DNA of 64,000 nucleotides from a virus (Duplodnaviria; Heunggongvirae; Uroviricota; Caudoviricetes): IMG/VR virus record IMGVR_UViG_3300021979_000001, positions 194,948 to 258,947 of that record; one strand, 5' to 3'. Shown piece by piece: positions 60,813 to 64,000 of this stretch (position 1 is its first letter; each line of letters starts with the position of its first letter). The notes under the pieces were generated by a model. It saw only the letters and a program-made list of their open reading frames with translations, ran no database searches and was not told where the DNA came from. The position numbers and the translations under genes were made by a program.

Positions 60813-63800
60813 ATGTCACAATCATACCGCCAAAGTGAATTATTTGCAGGAAGCGACTGGACCGTCCTGTATAGAGCATTTACGGAAATTAATTTCAATG
60901 CATCTGATCCTACCAGCATCAACACTGCGTTGCGAGAGTATATCAGACAAAATTACCCGGAAGATTTTAACGACTGGATCGAAAGTTCTGAATTTGTCGC
61001 TATCATTGATTTATTGTCATGGTTAGCAGGAACTCTTGCGTTCAAAACCGATATTGCGGCCCGTGAAAACTTTTTGGAAACAGCAGAAAGCCGAGAAAGC
61101 ATTTTGCGCCTGGCTCGGTTTTTATCATACAATCCGCAGCGCAATCAGCCAGCGCGTGGGTTGGTCAAACTGGTGCAAGTCGAAACCGACGACGATATTA
61201 CCGATGCATATGGAGTATCATTAAATAATACCCCGGTCGTTTGGGACGATCCCGAAGATAGTGATTGGTTTGAACGGTTTATTTTAATCATGAATAACGC
61301 ATTTGTGAAAAATAACCCATTTGGAACACCGTTACGCAGTGGCACGGTTTCGGATACTCGCACACAGTTATATCGCGTTAACACACAAATGAGTGATAAT
61401 GATTTCACATACGGGGCGCAAGTCAGTGGTGAAAGCATGGACTTTGAAATAGTCAATGCCGATTTTGAGGACAATAGTGGTTTCATCGAACGAACCCCAA
61501 ATCCAAATTCAGCATTCCACGTGCTATACCGTAATGATGGGAATGGTAACACCAGTTCACGCACCGGGTTCTTTTTATTGTTCAAACAAGGAACAACAAA
61601 AAAAGAAAGTTTTAATATTACCACCCCGATTGAAAACTTACTATTAGACATTAGTTCGACTAATGTTAATGAAAGTGACGTATGGGTGCAAACTGTTGAA
61701 GATGATGGGACCGTGTTATCTACATGGGAACCCGTCCCGGCCATTTTTAGTGAAAATATTACGTTTAACAGTATTGATGCTGATATTAGAAATATTTACA
61801 GTGTTGTTACCCGTGATGAAGATCGAATTTCAATTCGGTTTTCTGATGGTCGATTTGGTGCCGCACCAGTTGGTAATGTTCGTGTTACCTATCGTGTGTC
61901 AAACGGTTTGAGTTATCAAATACGGCCACAGGAAATGGACCGAATTTCCATTCCTATGACCTATTATAACCGTGCTGGTGTTAAACGAACAATTACTTTT
62001 ACTTTCTCGTTGCAGGAAGCCGTGACCAATTCGTCACCTCGTGAAACGGATGCTCAAATCCAACAACGTGCCCCAGCAGTGTATGCAACGCAGAACCGAA
62101 TGGTGTCAGGCGAAGATTACAACACATTCCCGTTACAAGGCAATAATTCGGTTAAATTGAAAGCGGTAAATCGCGTTTATTCAGGCCATAGCCGTTATAT
62201 TGATCTTAACGATCCAACCGGTAATTTTCAGGATACCTCCGTTTTTAGTGATGATGGTCTTTTTTATAAAGAGCCATATAATTCTTATACAGAAGTTCCA
62301 TTGTCACTCAACAGAACACCTGCTGAAATTGCATCAATATATATTCAACCGATGCTGGAATCACAATCCGCAACCAATTACGTTCGTGATATTATTATGA
62401 CTGCCTGGGAAAACGGCGATATTCCCGCATTGACTGGTGTTACCTGGGTGCAATCAACCGATTCTAATTACGGCGAAACCGGTTGGCTTAATGGTGCAAC
62501 AAATAGTGACATCTGGCATTTACATCCAGGTGCCCTGATGCTGGTTGCCGAGAATGGTAACCAACGTTGGGTTGGTGTTGCTGATGTAAATGGTTCGGCA
62601 ATCAATGGTAATTATTCAACTGGTATCGGTGCGGTTACATTATCTGATAATATTGCAAATGGGGCATCCATTCTTGGTATTTTACCAAGATATGCTGCAA
62701 TTATGACATCAGATACCGTTGCCACCATTATTCAATGTGTAAACGATAACAAATCATTTACACTATGGTATGACTATAACTCCTATTCGTCAAACACCGA
62801 TATTAACGCACACTGGGTTGTCGAAAAATCAGCCACAAATTTAATGCTTGATGCACAATCTGGCACTTTAATTAAAATATTAACGGCCAACTATGTCAAT
62901 GGCGGCATATGGCGATTATCCGCAAAGGGTATGCGTTTTATTTTTGAAAGTAAACGTAATGTTCAATGGTATTTTGAAGGGGAACGGGCTGTTAATGAGC
63001 AGACCGGCGTTGAACAGGCGGATATGGTTCGTATCATGAAGCTAAATGAAGATTTGAAAACAGGAACCGGGCGCGGTCTTGGAAAAGATTACGAACTTGC
63101 GATTGATGGCATGTATTATTATGGCGATGGTTATTCTGATCCGCGTCGGTGTGTGGTGACATTGAATGATTCCGATCAGGATGGTTTTGAAGATGCGCCC
63201 GATACTTACCTGAATGTCATTAGCCCAGAACCAAAAGATACATATCTTTTCTGGCATCGGGCATTAACCGATATTGATCCGGTTGGTGTATTTGAACCAT
63301 TTTATGATATGGTGGTTTATCCTTCGTATAATGACCGTGTGGGCGATGTGGCGGCACCGGTTGGGACCATAGCTTACCAGATCACAGGAAGCAGCCTGGC
63401 GTCAAATAACACGTTCTGGATGCTAACGGGAAATGGGTGGGTTGAACAACCTCATACTTCGTATAAAGTGGCGCGGGGGCGTGGCCCCAATGTTGCTATT
63501 AGATGGCTAGATAACGGAGTATCATATTCACCTTTAGGGTCAACCATTAATTTCCATTGGAAACATTACGCACCGTCGGATCATCGTATTGACCCGGCAT
63601 CTACTAATATTATGGATATTTTTGTATTGACCACAGAATACGATTTTAGAACCCGTCAATGGATTGCTAATGGGGCGAAATTATCCGAAATTCCGGTGCC
63701 ACCAACTGAATTGGATTTACGTCTTGCATATAGCGAATTTGACGATTATAAAATGTTTTCGGATGAACTGGTTTGGCGACCGGTTAAATACAAATATCTG

Positions 63801-64000
63801 TTTGGTAACGGAGCGTTACCAGAATTGCGAACACAGTTCAAAGTTGTAAAATTGCTCAACACAACCCTAAGTGATGGCGAAATAAAAAGTAGGGTTGTCC
63901 GGGCAATAAACGATTACTTTGATGTGACATTATGGGATTTTGGTGAGACATTTTATTTCACTGAACTTGCAGCATATGTTCATCAACAACTTGCGAACGT
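60813..64000 (+). CDS. baseplate wedge gp6-like, 3'-truncated by the window end (not in ORF track)
   Basis: MSQSYRQSELFAG..W...YPEDFNDWIESSEF.A.IDLL...RENFLETAE.RES.LRLA; frame still open at the end (...WDFGETFYFTELAAYVHQQLAN). Confidence 0.92.
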   Translation, partial: MSQSYRQSELFAGSDWTVLYRAFTEINFNASDPTSINTALREYIRQNYPEDFNDWIESSEFVAIIDLLSWLAGTLAFKTDIAARENFLETAESRESILRLARFLSYNPQRNQPARGLVKLVQVETDDDITDAYGVSLNNTPVVWDDPEDSDWFERFILIMNNAFVKNNPFGTPLRSGTVSDTRTQLYRVNTQMSDNDFTYGAQVSGESMDFEIVNADFEDNSGFIERTPNPNSAFHVLYRNDGNGNTSSRTGFFLLFKQGTTKKESFNITTPIENLLLDISSTNVNESDVWVQTVEDDGTVLSTWEPVPAIFSENITFNSIDADIRNIYSVVTRDEDRISIRFSDGRFGAAPVGNVRVTYRVSNGLSYQIRPQEMDRISIPMTYYNRAGVKRTITFTFSLQEAVTNSSPRETDAQIQQRAPAVYATQNRMVSGEDYNTFPLQGNNSVKLKAVNRVYSGHSRYIDLNDPTGNFQDTSVFSDDGLFYKEPYNSYTEVPLSLNRTPAEIASIYIQPMLESQSATNYVRDIIMTAWENGDIPALTGVTWVQSTDSNYGETGWLNGATNSDIWHLHPGALMLVAENGNQRWVGVADVNGSAINGNYSTGIGAVTLSDNIANGASILGILPRYAAIMTSDTVATIIQCVNDNKSFTLWYDYNSYSSNTDINAHWVVEKSATNLMLDAQSGTLIKILTANYVNGGIWRLSAKGMRFIFESKRNVQWYFEGERAVNEQTGVEQADMVRIMKLNEDLKTGTGRGLGKDYELAIDGMYYYGDGYSDPRRCVVTLNDSDQDGFEDAPDTYLNVISPEPKDTYLFWHRALTDIDPVGVFEPFYDMVVYPSYNDRVGDVAAPVGTIAYQITGSSLASNNTFWMLTGNGWVEQPHTSYKVARGRGPNVAIRWLDNGVSYSPLGSTINFHWKHYAPSDHRIDPASTNIMDIFVLTTEYDFRTRQWIANGAKLSEIPVPPTELDLRLAYSEFDDYKMFSDELVWRPVKYKYLFGNGALPELRTQFKVVKLLNTTLSDGEIKSRVVRAINDYFDVTLWDFGETFYFTELAAYVHQQLAN

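Overview
AT-rich segment of a large T4-related (jumbo) myophage genome in the standard genetic code. An alphaproteobacterial host is inferred from the look of the cysS fragment, SmpB and small proteins. Head module on the minus strand: portal gp20, acidic core protein, protease gp21, scaffold gp22, major capsid gp23, plus a tape-measure-like gene. Baseplate genes: gp26/gp51-, gp48-, gp53-, gp27-, gp5-, gp25- and gp6-like (gp6 runs off the window end). Also present: gp55-like late sigma factor, gp46/gp47 nuclease, clamp loader, a Pol III alpha fragment, RNase HI, resolvase, GroES, PhoH, MazG, ParB-like, radical SAM, methyltransferase and many accessory genes. Highlights: (1) a ~630-nt, promoter-preceded, pseudoknotted non-coding element at 3940-4575, between an Smr nuclease/BFD pair and smpB, that lacks tmRNA, RNase P and intron hallmarks; (2) a probable -1 frameshift fusing the gp26-like gene to the start-less gp51-like ORF; (3) five tandem beta-propeller genes with a shared ~20-aa N-terminal tag, inserted between gp47 and gp46; (4) late-expressed ADP-ribosyltransferase-like and metalloprotease-like proteins with capsid-targeting-like N-termini; (5) a frameshifted host cysS fragment. 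All assignments come from motif recognition by eye; no searches or folding programs were run.
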